Positions 1 through 9,480 of a DNA stretch of 47,377 bases are shown in pieces. Under the pieces are notes generated by a model, which saw nothing but the letters and a program-made list of their open reading frames with translations, searched no databases and was not told the DNA's origin. The stretch comes from a virus. Where the stretch lies: UHGV virus genome UHGV-0210496; one strand, given 5' to 3'. A program made the position numbers and the translations under genes. The first letter of the stretch is position 1. Every line of letters starts with the position of its first letter.

Positions 1-178
1 ATCGGCTTTCTCCTGTCTGGGCCGTTGACCACACCCTTGAACTTTAGTTCCCCGATATTTTATAGCGCAATCTGCATGTTGAATTTTCCAATGACCGTTT
101 TTCCGCTCAAAATGCCCATTACCTTTTTCAACGTATCCACCGCAACGATAGCAGTAGCCCGGATATTTGTTTCTCATT
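1..178 (-). CDS. Partial small Zn-ribbon protein; C-terminus lies beyond the window start
   Basis: Minus-strand ATG at 178 with AAAGGAG 7 nt upstream. Translates MRNKYPGYCYRCGGYVEKGNGHFERKNGHWKIQHADCAI..., giving CxxC...HxxC spacing. Absent from the ORF track because it is truncated at the window edge. Confidence 0.5.
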
Positions 179-412
179 GTTTTACTCCTTTCGATTTTCT
201 GAGTAATTTGAGTTCAAAATCTTCACCGCCGCGTAAAAATTCCAAAGTGTTCCAAAATCGGTGTATAATCAAAATTTCTTCTGCAATCTGAAAATCTGTG
301 CTAGTTTCGCAAAAATCAGATAGTAAGGATATTTCTATCTTTAGTCCTCCAACTTTAAGCCGATAACGATCTTTTCTTCGTCTGCTCAAATTCCCCACCC
401 CTTCGTTTTTCA

Positions 413-565
413 TCACTGAACCACAGAAATTTTACTAATTTTAAACACTCCCTGAGCGACCATCGCTTGTTCTTCCACATTTTTCTCATTGTAGCCATGC
501 AAATACATTGTTAAGGTCCGACCTTTCCAATCAATGTAAATGACTTTGTACATGTTAAGATCCAT
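413..565 (-). CDS. Small hypothetical early protein, about 50 aa (shortened form of track ORF 413..628)
   Basis: An internal ATG at 565 (MDLNMYKVIYIDWKG...) has AGAGGTG 5 nt upstream and sits 2 nt after the helicase stop. The longer track ORF start has no RBS and overlaps the helicase by 60 nt. Confidence 0.35.
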   Translation of the reverse strand: MDLNMYKVIYIDWKGRTLTMYLHGYNEKNVEEQAMVAQGVFKISKISVVQ

Positions 566-567
566 CA

Positions 568-2169
568 CTACACCTCTAATCCGATAGGAACATAAGTTTC
601 GGGAAAAACAGTGTTTGGTGTACGCCATCCGTTAGATGCAATACGACCGATCATGTTTTTCGCACTATCGAATGACCACATTCCTACGTTCTTAAAGCCA
701 CGTTGTTCAAGTTGGCGGATTTGTTTTGGCGTCGCAAGTCCAGCTTCTTTTCGTTTGTTCAAACGTTCTAAAATCAAACTTGCTTTTCCAGCGTTATCAA
801 TTTGATCAGGTAAAATGCCTAGTTTTTCTAACGCTGACACCTGTTGATCAGACGGTGGTGCCATTTCCCAACCGAAGGATGGTACATAACTTGTAAGGTC
901 TTCGGCTTGAATGGACATTTCAAATTGCAATGGATCCACAAGCTTTTGCTTTCTTCGGCGCATTTCTGCCAATTGTTTTGCTAAGGCTTCCTCACGTTCG
1001 GCAATGACATCTTTTTCGGCTTGCACTTCTGCTTCTTCCAGATCCAATGCCAATCCTTGTTCGCCAGCATCTTCAATGTTCTCAGTCATTTTTTGAGCAA
1101 CCTCATCACTTGTAGCAATCAAGTGTGCTGGATGGCAAAGCTCATGCCGTTCCGTGTGCCAAAGAAAATCAAGCAACAAAATTTCTTCTTTGCCTTCATG
1201 TAATCGAGTTCCACGTCCCACCATTTGACTGTAAAGGGATCGAACTTTTGTAGGACGTAGTACCACGATGCAATCGACGGATGGACAATCCCACCCTTCA
1301 GTTAACAACATCGAGTTACAAAGGACGTTGTATTTGTCATTCTCAAAGTCTTCCAAAACTTCCACACGATCTTTTGAATCACCGTTCACTTCCCCTGCAC
1401 GGAATCCACGTTCATTTAAGATATCTCGGAATTTTTTGCTGGTTTTTACTAATGGTAGAAATACCACTGTTTTTCTATTTGCACAGTGCTTGACCATTTC
1501 ATCAGCGATTTGATAAAGATAGGGATCCAATGCAGTACCTAAATCTCTTGAAGAAAAATCACCGGCTTGTTGTTTCACTGCAGTAAGATCTAACTTTAGA
1601 GGAATAGTTAATGCTTTGATTGGTGACAAAAACCCTTCTTTGATTGCTGCTGGTAAGGTGTATTCATAAGCCAAAGATTCGAAATATGTACCGAGGTTTC
1701 GCATATCGCCACGATCTGGCGTAGCTGTAACTCCTAGTACATTTGAATCCTCGAAATGGCTCAGTACTCTTTGATAACCATCACTAATACAATGATGGGC
1801 TTCATCGATGATGATCGTATCAAAGTAATTAGGCGGAAACTGACTTAATCGCTTCTCACGTTGCATACTCTGAATGGATCCCACTACGACCCGAAAGAAA
1901 CTTCCAAGGCTCGTTTCTTCCGCTTTTTCAACTGCTGTTTTTAGTCCAGTCGACTTTTCTAATTTATCAGAAGCTTGATCCAGTAATTCTCCCCGATGGG
2001 CAAGGACGAGCACGCGCTCGCCCATTCTTACCCGATCTTCGATGACCTTACTGAATACAATTGTTTTTCCGCAGCCAGTAGGCAGTACTAACAACGTACG
2101 TTTTTTGCCTTCCTGCCATTCTTTTTGGATGGAATTACGTGCTTCTTGTTGATAAGGTCTTAATTTCAT
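568..2169 (-). CDS. Phage DEAD/DEAH-box SF2 DNA helicase
   Basis: Walker A LPTGCGKT, DEAH box IIIDEAHH and a helicase C-terminal domain (TEGWDCPSVDCIVVLRPTKS...QMVGRGTR). Last large gene of the leftward early operon. Confidence 0.85.
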   Translation of the reverse strand: MKLRPYQQEARNSIQKEWQEGKKRTLLVLPTGCGKTIVFSKVIEDRVRMGERVLVLAHRGELLDQASDKLEKSTGLKTAVEKAEETSLGSFFRVVVGSIQSMQREKRLSQFPPNYFDTIIIDEAHHCISDGYQRVLSHFEDSNVLGVTATPDRGDMRNLGTYFESLAYEYTLPAAIKEGFLSPIKALTIPLKLDLTAVKQQAGDFSSRDLGTALDPYLYQIADEMVKHCANRKTVVFLPLVKTSKKFRDILNERGFRAGEVNGDSKDRVEVLEDFENDKYNVLCNSMLLTEGWDCPSVDCIVVLRPTKVRSLYSQMVGRGTRLHEGKEEILLLDFLWHTERHELCHPAHLIATSDEVAQKMTENIEDAGEQGLALDLEEAEVQAEKDVIAEREEALAKQLAEMRRRKQKLVDPLQFEMSIQAEDLTSYVPSFGWEMAPPSDQQVSALEKLGILPDQIDNAGKASLILERLNKRKEAGLATPKQIRQLEQRGFKNVGMWSFDSAKNMIGRIASNGWRTPNTVFPETYVPIGLEV

Positions 2170-2188
2170 AGAATTTCCCTTTCTTTGT

Positions 2189-2223
2189 TGGTATAATTTA
2201 AAATAAAAAGGAGCTAAATTTAT
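2189..2223 (+). promoter_or_regulatory. Extended -10 promoter (TGgTATAAT) plus RBS AAGGAG for the DUF4145 gene
   Basis: TGgTATAAT at 2189-2197 and AAGGAG at 2208-2213, 10 nt before the ATG at 2224. No good -35 hexamer, which is consistent with the extended -10 class. Confidence 0.5.
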
Positions 2224-2982
2224 ATGAATAAAAAGATTGCTATTTCTTTTCCTGATGGTTCTAATTCCCCAGTTTACGGTGTTTTCGACCTAAACGAATC
2301 TTGTCCTCATTGTGCTTATCCTATAGAGCCTATTATGCGTGGATGTTATGCTGATAAAATCTTTAGCAATATCTATAATACTGCGGCTGTTGTTTTACAA
2401 TGTCCTCGAAAAGAATGTAGAAGATTCCACATACAAGCTTTTGATTTTACGAAAACCGGAAGAGATAACTACACAATAGAAAGAACCGAAGATTTAATTG
2501 TGTATACGTATAAGCCTCTTTTAAAAAATGATCTTCCAAACGAAATACGGGAGACTTTTCCAGAATTTGACACAATATACAATCAAGCACTCGAAGCTGA
2601 ATCTATTGGCTTAGATCAGATAGCTGGGTTAGGGTTTCGCAAATCATTAGAATTTCTCATAAAGTCATTCGCAATAAAAAGAGATGCTGAATCTGAAGAA
2701 AAAATTAAAACGGAAACACTAAATAACACCATTCAAAATCGTTATAATGATTTACCTAGAATACAGAATCTACTTGAGCTTTCGGCATGGATTGGAAATG
2801 ATGAAGCTCATTTTGTCAGGAAACATAGTTCTCTTGATATTCAGACGATGAAACGTTTTATTAGATCAGCTTCGATGTTCATATCTGGTGAACTTGATTA
2901 CGAATTTTCTGATGCGTACGTGACGGCAGAAAAAGAGAGAATCAAGCAAGAAAAGTTAGCTAAACAAAATCAAGATCAATAA
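2224..2982 (+). CDS. DUF4145-domain protein with N-terminal Zn-ribbon; opposite-strand moron, candidate abortive-infection/defence gene
   Basis: N-terminus CPHC...CPRKEC. The C-terminal half carries the DUF4145 hallmark ...LELSAWIGNDEAHF... after helical segments LEFLIKSFAIK. It is the only plus-strand gene inside the minus-strand early operon. Confidence 0.65.
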   Translation: MNKKIAISFPDGSNSPVYGVFDLNESCPHCAYPIEPIMRGCYADKIFSNIYNTAAVVLQCPRKECRRFHIQAFDFTKTGRDNYTIERTEDLIVYTYKPLLKNDLPNEIRETFPEFDTIYNQALEAESIGLDQIAGLGFRKSLEFLIKSFAIKRDAESEEKIKTETLNNTIQNRYNDLPRIQNLLELSAWIGNDEAHFVRKHSSLDIQTMKRFIRSASMFISGELDYEFSDAYVTAEKERIKQEKLAKQNQDQ

Positions 2983-3190
2983 TTTTATAAAACTCATTCT
3001 CTTTATTGCCGTTGGTAGTGAATCCTTTTTGAATTAGGATTTTCTTTCCCTCGGCTTTTGTTGTTTCATCAGAAGCAACGATTTTTCCTATGACACGTAT
3101 TTTCCAATCACCAAACTCATATATGGGAGGCAGTGGAACAAAAAGTTCCAAATAGCCACCGATAAAATTAATTTTTTTTGATTTATCCAT
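2960..3190 (-). CDS. Hypothetical 76-aa phage protein
   Basis: Track ORF within the early operon. No recognisable motif. Confidence 0.4.
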   Translation of the reverse strand: MDKSKKINFIGGYLELFVPLPPIYEFGDWKIRVIGKIVASDETTKAEGKKILIQKGFTTNGNKENEFYKIIDLDFV

Positions 3191-3201
3191 AATCAGTTCT
3201 C

Positions 3202-3966
3202 CTATGCTAAAATCGTGATCCGCTGAGATTCAACTTCTTCTGCAAGCTGTTCTTTCAAGTACTCACGGATATTTACGATTGCTTGATTGCGCCAAGCGCC
3301 TCCATCGGCTTCAAAAATCGCGGCACGTGGACCATCTTTCATCCGAAATACAAACTGACTAACCGGTTGCTCGACTTCAAGGAATGTCCGATAAGGTGCC
3401 AAATTCACTGGATTCGGTACTTTCACATCCGCTTTACTAGCAAGCCCTTGTTTGATCGCAACTGCTTGGCTAACACCATCGTCGCCAGTCGTTTTTACGT
3501 TGTCTTCGGTCACATTGCCGACTACTTGTAACAAAATCGCACGATCATCAAGATCCGTTATCGTTTTTAGATCCACAAATTTAGATTGAAGCGCAATGTT
3601 GAACGATTCCATATCATAGAATTGGCCAAAGTCGAATCGAGGAACAATTGCTCCCACAGTTGCCAATACTTCCCGTCGACCATCAACTTCTAGCGTCCCC
3701 ATCAATTGAATGCTTGATTCATCTTCAATGTGTAAAATCAATTTTTCTCCTTCACGCTCGATATTTGATTTCACATAATTCACCAATCCACTAAGTGTAT
3801 TGATATGGATATGAGTCTTGGCCAATACTGCATGAGGAAAAATTTCTTCCACAGTACCTGCAGTATTCACAGAAAACAAACGTCCATCATCCATTTCAAC
3901 AATTCTTTCATGCGGTTTTGTTTCCAATTCACTAATAAATTTGATTGCATCTTTTGTTAAGTCCAT
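3202..3966 (-). CDS. Conserved hypothetical phage early protein (254 aa)
   Basis: Long ORF, same strand and tightly packed with the recombination genes. No motif I can name. Confidence 0.55.
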   Translation of the reverse strand: MDLTKDAIKFISELETKPHERIVEMDDGRLFSVNTAGTVEEIFPHAVLAKTHIHINTLSGLVNYVKSNIEREGEKLILHIEDESSIQLMGTLEVDGRREVLATVGAIVPRFDFGQFYDMESFNIALQSKFVDLKTITDLDDRAILLQVVGNVTEDNVKTTGDDGVSQAVAIKQGLASKADVKVPNPVNLAPYRTFLEVEQPVSQFVFRMKDGPRAAIFEADGGAWRNQAIVNIREYLKEQLAEEVESQRITILA

Positions 3967-3970
3967 CTAT

Positions 3971-4399
3971 TTATCCTCTTTTCTTTTGTAGGTCGATTAC
4001 TTGCTGGCGTTTGGCTTCTTCTTTTTCAATGACATCAATTGGTTCCCCAATGTCGGTTTTGGGTTGTCCGTCTTCTGGATCCAAATACGTTTGACCAGGC
4101 ACTGCCGATCGCAACTCATGTGCTTCTACTTTTCCAGTCGAGAGATCCTTTCCTGTGAGAACCGTTGTCGATACACCTTCCACTGGTGCCAATTTCGTTG
4201 TGAAGTCACTGCTTACTGCAATTACTTGCCGTGTGCCGTCTGGTTTAAATTCAAGCTTGATCGTGACAACTCGTTTGGCTTCTGCTGGTGTATTCGGATC
4301 ATGGATATTTTGAAAAACTTTTTGAAGTTCACCATCCAATTTTTCTTGGATGGCGCCTTCCGCTAATTCTGACAACTGCAAATCAATTTCTTTTGACAT
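3971..4399 (-). CDS. Hypothetical phage early protein (142 aa)
   Basis: ORF immediately downstream of the DUF669-like gene. Acidic and Lys-rich. Confidence 0.5.
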   Translation of the reverse strand: MSKEIDLQLSELAEGAIQEKLDGELQKVFQNIHDPNTPAEAKRVVTIKLEFKPDGTRQVIAVSSDFTTKLAPVEGVSTTVLTGKDLSTGKVEAHELRSAVPGQTYLDPEDGQPKTDIGEPIDVIEKEEAKRQQVIDLQKKRG

Positions 4400-4411
4400 A
4401 GGTGATTCCTC

Positions 4412-5029
4412 CTAAAATGCCCCTGGTTGGTAGTTTTGTGCTGGTTGTTGATTAAATCCTTGTTGCGGTTGGTTCGTTACGGGTGATTGAGTATAGTTTT
4501 GTGCTGGTTGTTGATAGTTGTTCGCTGCTGGTTGACCTTGATAATTTGATTGTGGCTGTTGTAACTGCTGAACGATTGCAGGCATTTCTTTGGTCGTGTA
4601 GTAACTTGCGTCACTTGGATAGAACCGATCGACATCATTGTAGGTGTTGTCTTTGTAAGTCCGATTTTTGATCTTAACTGCTCCTTTTGCACCTGTAACT
4701 AGATTCCAATTCATTTGCAAAGGGGCATCTTTTTTCTTTTGACCGATCGAAGCGAAGAATGCTGACAATAAACCTTCTGTTGACGTATGCAGATACAAGT
4801 TATTGAACACAGTTGCTGTCCCTTGCGGAGAGTCAATTTTCAATTCAAGTTTGGCCATATTGCATGCTGGCAATTTAGAATCACCGCTTTTCGGTGTGTA
4901 GCGAGCTCGTTCAAACTTAACGACTTCAAAAATATAATCCCCTGGTGCTAAGACAATACCGCCTTCACTGTCTTGGACAATGGTGTCATCCCATCCTAAT
5001 TCTCGATCTTGTTGAAATTGTTGTGTCAT
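4412..5029 (-). CDS. DUF669/SSB-like ssDNA-binding protein with Gln/Pro-rich C-terminal tail
   Basis: It sits directly downstream of a Sak4-like AAA_24 gene. The C-terminal low-complexity Q/P/N tail ends ...QPGAF, reminiscent of an SSB C-tail. The family assignment is from memory only. Confidence 0.5.
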   Translation of the reverse strand: MTQQFQQDRELGWDDTIVQDSEGGIVLAPGDYIFEVVKFERARYTPKSGDSKLPACNMAKLELKIDSPQGTATVFNNLYLHTSTEGLLSAFFASIGQKKKDAPLQMNWNLVTGAKGAVKIKNRTYKDNTYNDVDRFYPSDASYYTTKEMPAIVQQLQQPQSNYQGQPAANNYQQPAQNYTQSPVTNQPQQGFNQQPAQNYQPGAF

Positions 5030-5041
5030 TGATAGTTCCTC

Positions 5042-6130
5042 CTAAAATTTTTGTTGTTTTCGAATCTCTTGAATCATTGTAAATACTTGTGGCCATGCAG
5101 CGACTAGCACGCCATCGATGTACCCTGGATCATAGTTTTGAATCGGTGTACCTGTTGGGTAATACCCTTTTGATTCTGTCGCAGCCATGATCTCTGCTGG
5201 AATAACATTGTTTGCTTTCATCAGGTCAACAAGGTTTTGCGGAATCCCAGAGTAATCGACTGCTTCTCGATCAAAATTTAGCTCCGTCGTTGTTGGTTGC
5301 GTTTCTTGTGCCGTTTCTGGCTTGCTCACTGGCATTTCTGTTGTTGCTGGTGTATTTGTAGCTAATGGTTGTTCCACTGCTTGCTTAGGGGCGAAAATGT
5401 GTGCGATCCCACTGAAATTCATGTCCAATTCATCCGGTAAGCCAAATCGATTCTTAGCATCCCAAGCTGGATGATGGGTCGTGTACATCACACGTTTTCC
5501 ACCTTGGCCTTTGAATTTTTTACCTTTGTCATCTGCAGCCACTGACAAGGTTTTGTAATTACAAAACAGCACCATGTCCGCCCATTCTTTTGTAAGGGAA
5601 GAAGTTTTTGCAGTCGTTTTATTCCCTAACTTCAATTCCCATCGATCATAAGCACCCATTTCATCCGGTTGTTCAAATTTCACGATCTTTGCATGGGCTG
5701 TCAAAACAACGTTGATCCCCATCTCAGCAACATCAGATAACTTATTTAGAAAACGCCCATATTCTTCTTCAAGCTTAATGAAGCCTTCCCCATACCCAAA
5801 TTGCGTGATACTTGTTTTGTTCCCAGCGGCAACAATGAAATCAATACAAAGCCGCTCTGCCCAGTCCACTGTATCGATTACGATGGTTTGGCATGGCATT
5901 GCTTGCTTCACGAAATCGATTTGTTGCATCAAGATCGACCAGCTTGACGGTTTATCCATTCTGGCTACATCCATATTGTTGGTGCTTCCCTCTGTATCAA
6001 TAAACACAGGATTTGGGAACTGCGACGCGATGGACGTCTTGCCAATCCCTTCTGGTCCATAGATAACGACTTTTTGGGCTTTGGCGATAACTCCTTTGGT
6101 AATGTTCATTAAAATTCTCCTTCCTTCCAC
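5042..6130 (-). CDS. Sak4-like AAA_24 family ATPase (RecA-fold recombination mediator)
   Basis: The N-terminus has the P-loop VVIYGPEGIGKTS followed by ...FIDTEGS..., the typical AAA_24 pattern. A long Thr/Pro linker and a C-terminal domain follow. Confidence 0.75.
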   Translation of the reverse strand: MEGRRILMNITKGVIAKAQKVVIYGPEGIGKTSIASQFPNPVFIDTEGSTNNMDVARMDKPSSWSILMQQIDFVKQAMPCQTIVIDTVDWAERLCIDFIVAAGNKTSITQFGYGEGFIKLEEEYGRFLNKLSDVAEMGINVVLTAHAKIVKFEQPDEMGAYDRWELKLGNKTTAKTSSLTKEWADMVLFCNYKTLSVAADDKGKKFKGQGGKRVMYTTHHPAWDAKNRFGLPDELDMNFSGIAHIFAPKQAVEQPLATNTPATTEMPVSKPETAQETQPTTTELNFDREAVDYSGIPQNLVDLMKANNVIPAEIMAATESKGYYPTGTPIQNYDPGYIDGVLVAAWPQVFTMIQEIRKQQKF

Positions 6131-7449
6131 TTCGGTTGTTGTGGTGATTGCTGAGGTGTAGGTCCGCCCTCAGATGGTGCTAATCTGTTTTCAGTCACAT
6201 AGCCATCTTCAATTATGATTTCGCACTCATCACCTGTTGAAACGCGGGTTGCAATTGCCTGTAGACCTTCTTGTTCCAGCCACTGGCCAAACTCGTTCAA
6301 CGTGACCATGTCCATCTGTTCCAATTTATCCAACAGGATGAAACCGCAATCCGGTTTTAATTTCCTGACGATTGCCGTCGATACTTTTAACTGATCAGAG
6401 CCAGACATGTTGTCCCATTTTTGACCGTTATAGACTAACTCGCCGTCTGTCACAGATAATCCTGGTAATGGTAGTTGCGCATTAGCGAGTAACGCTGCTT
6501 TTTCTTCTCGAATCGAAGTAATGTCGTTTGTCAGAGTATCGTATTGATTCTTGTATTCGTTGGCATCTTCTTCGGCTTTGTCTTTATCTAGATTTGCCCG
6601 GACACGTCGATTGATCTCGTCGACTTCAGCAATATTTTGTTGGAGTTCTTGTGTCGATTCATCTTGCAGGTTTTCAGCAGTCTTTTGCGCTGTTGCCAAG
6701 TCTGCAGATAATCGATTGCATTCAATTTGTTCTTTTTGCAGTTGTGCTTGAAGTTCTTCAATCCTCGTGTTGATTGCTTGGATATTTGATTTCGATTGTT
6801 CCAACTGAAAAGAGATTTGATTGACTTGATTTCGCTTTTGTTGATTCTCACCATTTCTGGCTAAGATCTCTTGTTGTTTGGCAACTAGATCAGCAACTGC
6901 GATCGGCTCTTTAGGTGCTTCTGGGAAATATGGCTGTTCTGCTGCAAACTTTTTCTTCTGATCGGCAATTTGACCAATCGTGTGCCGCTGGTTATATATT
7001 TCTTGCTCCTTGCGTTCCAGTTCAAATAGTTGATCGCCCACACCAATAATCTGCAGGAGGATATTTGCTTTTTCCTTACTTGACGAATCCATAAATTTCG
7101 GTAGATCGATGGCCAACTCTTCGACAAAGCTGTTCAATAAATTCTGTCCAGCTTTTTCTCCATTGGGATCAATGACCTTCAAATCAGAATTCTTACCTTT
7201 GCGTTCAACGACAAGACCGTTGTTCATGACGATATGGAGGTGTGGTGGTGTGACTGATCCTTCTCGATACGCTTGGCTTGGTTTGTATTTATTGCCACCA
7301 AGTCCCCATGCAATGGCATCAATGACACTAGTTTTCCCTTGGTTATTGTTTCCGCCCACGATGGTTAATCCGCTGGCATTCGGTTCAATCTTTACCGCTT
7401 TGACACGTTTAACGTTTTCGATTTCTAATTTGTTGATTTTCACACTCAC
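6109..7449 (-). CDS. SMC/SbcC-like ABC ATPase (AAA_23) with long coiled coil
   Basis: N-terminal Walker A GGNNNQGKTSVIDAI, a central heptad-rich Q/E/K coiled coil, and a C-terminal D-loop/Walker B ILLDKLEQMD. Confidence 0.75.
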   Translation of the reverse strand: MSVKINKLEIENVKRVKAVKIEPNASGLTIVGGNNNQGKTSVIDAIAWGLGGNKYKPSQAYREGSVTPPHLHIVMNNGLVVERKGKNSDLKVIDPNGEKAGQNLLNSFVEELAIDLPKFMDSSSKEKANILLQIIGVGDQLFELERKEQEIYNQRHTIGQIADQKKKFAAEQPYFPEAPKEPIAVADLVAKQQEILARNGENQQKRNQVNQISFQLEQSKSNIQAINTRIEELQAQLQKEQIECNRLSADLATAQKTAENLQDESTQELQQNIAEVDEINRRVRANLDKDKAEEDANEYKNQYDTLTNDITSIREEKAALLANAQLPLPGLSVTDGELVYNGQKWDNMSGSDQLKVSTAIVRKLKPDCGFILLDKLEQMDMVTLNEFGQWLEQEGLQAIATRVSTGDECEIIIEDGYVTENRLAPSEGGPTPQQSPQQPKWKEGEF

Positions 7450-7778
7450 TCGTAATCACCTCGCATAAAACTTTTTAAAATTTCCGGAATATCGTTTAAA
7501 TCATCAGTCACAAATGTATGGCCGATGTTCGTTCCTTCATCGGTCTCCATTTCTTTTAGTGATAAGAGCGCTGCTTTTCGTAAAATTTCGGCTTTTATTG
7601 GACTTTCGTTATCCAAATTTCGCTCCTGCAATGCTAATAACAAACCGATTTCTGGTAGACTGCCAGCGACCATCACTTTTGCTTCTCCTTCTTTTTGCAT
7701 GGTACAAAGTAAAGCAACACCTTCTTTGTGACATTCTTGTTGTAATTCGTCTGCTAAAGCTTGAATTTTTTCGTTCAT
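7446..7778 (-). CDS. Hypothetical acidic phage protein (110 aa)
   Basis: Track ORF. Its stop overlaps the SMC-like gene start (7446-7449). Confidence 0.5.
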   Translation of the reverse strand: MNEKIQALADELQQECHKEGVALLCTMQKEGEAKVMVAGSLPEIGLLLALQERNLDNESPIKAEILRKAALLSLKEMETDEGTNIGHTFVTDDLNDIPEILKSFMRGDYE

Positions 7779-7805
7779 GTGTTAAACTCCTTTTGTATAA
7801 TATAT

Positions 7806-8630
7806 TTATTGTTGGTCTACACTAGCGGGAACTGGTGTAGGCTCTTTTTGTATTTCCGCAATTTTGGTTCCATCTGCTGAGAAGTACGTATGTGTTTCTA
7901 CGCCTGCAAAGATTACAACTGTATGGATCACACGTTCTTCTTTTGATTCAATACTGAGCGATCCGGCAGTCACACTTCTTGATTGCATGGGTTGTTCTGT
8001 TTGCATAGAGTCTTCCTCCTTCTTCGCATATTGGGCAAATCGGGCATTGTTGAATTTTTGCATTGATTGTTTTGATTTCAAGCTGGTAGTTCCGGGTTTT
8101 ACATTGGCAGGGATCCTGCCCTCTTTTCTCAGACGACCAACTTTCTGAACCACTTGCGAATATTGCTTACCAGTCACTTTTGCTAATTCTTCGTAGTTCG
8201 ATACATAACCATTGGAGTCAAATTCGATTGTGTCTAATAAAATGCGTACATCATTGTCTGGCCAACAGCTTAACTTTTGAGATTTAACTCTTCCTGAAGC
8301 TCTAAGTTTTGCGGATTTATTTGAACAAGATCCTTTTGATCGCCCTAGTGCTTCTCCGATTTCCTCATACGAGGCTCCTTGCTTGTACATGGCAATCAAT
8401 CGTTTTTCTTCTGCAAGCGTCCATGGCCTACCATCACTATCAAAAGCAAGTTCCTTTTGAATTTTCGGGAATTTCCCATCTTTTCTCATGTCAGAGATCT
8501 TTTTCGTAACTGCTGAAACTGACCTTCCTAATTTCATTGCTATCTGTTCCGCATTGACAACTTCGTTTGTTTCGGCCATTAGTGCGTTTTTAAGAACGTA
8601 CGCAATTTCTTTTGTCGTCCAAGCGTTCAA
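7806..8630 (-). CDS. DNA-binding protein with three tandem HTH-like repeats
   Basis: Three segments of about 45 aa repeat the pattern ...EIA/EIG/ELAKxxGRSxxxVxxKxxxLRKxGR.. (residues about 8-55, 70-115, 120-170). Confidence 0.55.
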   Translation of the reverse strand: MNAWTTKEIAYVLKNALMAETNEVVNAEQIAMKLGRSVSAVTKKISDMRKDGKFPKIQKELAFDSDGRPWTLAEEKRLIAMYKQGASYEEIGEALGRSKGSCSNKSAKLRASGRVKSQKLSCWPDNDVRILLDTIEFDSNGYVSNYEELAKVTGKQYSQVVQKVGRLRKEGRIPANVKPGTTSLKSKQSMQKFNNARFAQYAKKEEDSMQTEQPMQSRSVTAGSLSIESKEERVIHTVVIFAGVETHTYFSADGTKIAEIQKEPTPVPASVDQQ

Positions 8631-8841
8631 TTTTCCCCCTCCTTAATCTTTTTCGATAAGCAATCTCGTCATACTTGATCAACCACCACATAATCGACAC
8701 CGGCAATGCAATGAGTGCCCAATCAGGTAATTGGCGACTGCTAAACCAAACGCCTAGGAAAAATGTTGTGATCAAGAATGCTGATCTTCGTAAACTTTTC
8801 AAAAAAATCACCTCAATTCTATTTGCCGATTCAATCGGCAT
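8590..8841 (-). CDS. Small putative 2-TM membrane protein
   Basis: Track ORF with hydrophobic segments. It overlaps its neighbours and no RBS was checked. Confidence 0.3.
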   Translation of the reverse strand: MPIESANRIEVIFLKSLRRSAFLITTFFLGVWFSSRQLPDWALIALPVSIMWWLIKYDEIAYRKRLRRGKIERLDDKRNCVRS

Positions 8842-9008
8842 TGATAAAGTAATTCTTGGTACCTTTTGAGATCTCTAACTAGCAAATCTCGTTGAGAATA
8901 GCTCAGTAAGCTTTTTCGATCGTGCAACTGGTCATGGAGGCTGTGTACTCTCTCTTTGGCTAAGGTGTCGATCAGCAACTCTTGTTCAAGTGTGTAGGTC
9001 ATGTTCAC
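8808..9008 (-). CDS. Hypothetical small protein (66 aa)
   Basis: Start overlaps the upstream gene stop (ATGA-type coupling). Confidence 0.4.
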   Translation of the reverse strand: MNMTYTLEQELLIDTLAKERVHSLHDQLHDRKSLLSYSQRDLLVRDLKRYQELLYQCRLNRQIELR

Positions 9009-9289
9009 ACCTCAAAATTCTCAGCTAAGAAATGCTGCAGCGATTCTCTCTCAATCCGAATATCTTGCGGACTCCAAACCTGTATTTTTAATCCCATAGA
9101 AATCCACTTGTTGAGTTTTTTGTCTCCGATACCTAAAACCTGCTTGATAGTTTCTTTGTTTCCATACGGTGGTAGCTCAAGTGTTTTCGTTAGCAATTTC
9201 ATACGTTTTTCAATTTCTGCAGTTGCAATGGTCACAATAGAAAGAGCTATCTGTTTCTGCATCAATTCATCTGGTATATGCAATTCCAT
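9005..9289 (-). CDS. DUF771-like small phage protein (possible excisionase/HTH)
   Basis: Translationally coupled to cro (TAATG overlap at 9289). The C-terminal ...TIKQVLGIGDKKLNKWISMGLK... is HTH-like. Confidence 0.45.
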   Translation of the reverse strand: MELHIPDELMQKQIALSIVTIATAEIEKRMKLLTKTLELPPYGNKETIKQVLGIGDKKLNKWISMGLKIQVWSPQDIRIERESLQHFLAENFEV

Positions 9290-9480
9290 TAATTCGAATC
9301 CTCCTTTAATGCAGCTAAAGCATTTTCGATAGGCTCAATTTGCTTGTCTGGTTTACGTTTACTGTTCATAATATCGGACATGTATGCTCTGGAAATGCCG
9401 ATAGTATCCGCCAACCAATTCTGTGTTTTGTCATACTTAGCCAACTGAATTCTGACTTTTAAGATAAAATCTTGTGACAT
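9289..9480 (-). CDS. cro: Cro-like XRE-family HTH regulator
   Basis: 63 aa. The HTH is QNWLADTIGISRAYMSDIMNSKRKP. RBS AAAGGAAAGGAG precedes the ATG. It sits divergent from the cI-like gene. Confidence 0.75.
   Translation of the reverse strand: MSQDFILKVRIQLAKYDKTQNWLADTIGISRAYMSDIMNSKRKPDKQIEPIENALAALKEDSN

Noticed and set aside
25-291. Plus-strand 88-aa ORF at the left edge
   Set aside because: It is antisense to a better-supported minus-strand Zn-ribbon gene with a strong RBS. No RBS was seen, and it is low-complexity.
174-416. Minus-strand 80-aa ORF (MMKNEGV...)
   Set aside because: No SD-like sequence precedes either ATG, and it overlaps the start of the Zn-ribbon gene. It is kept out of the features, though it could be real.
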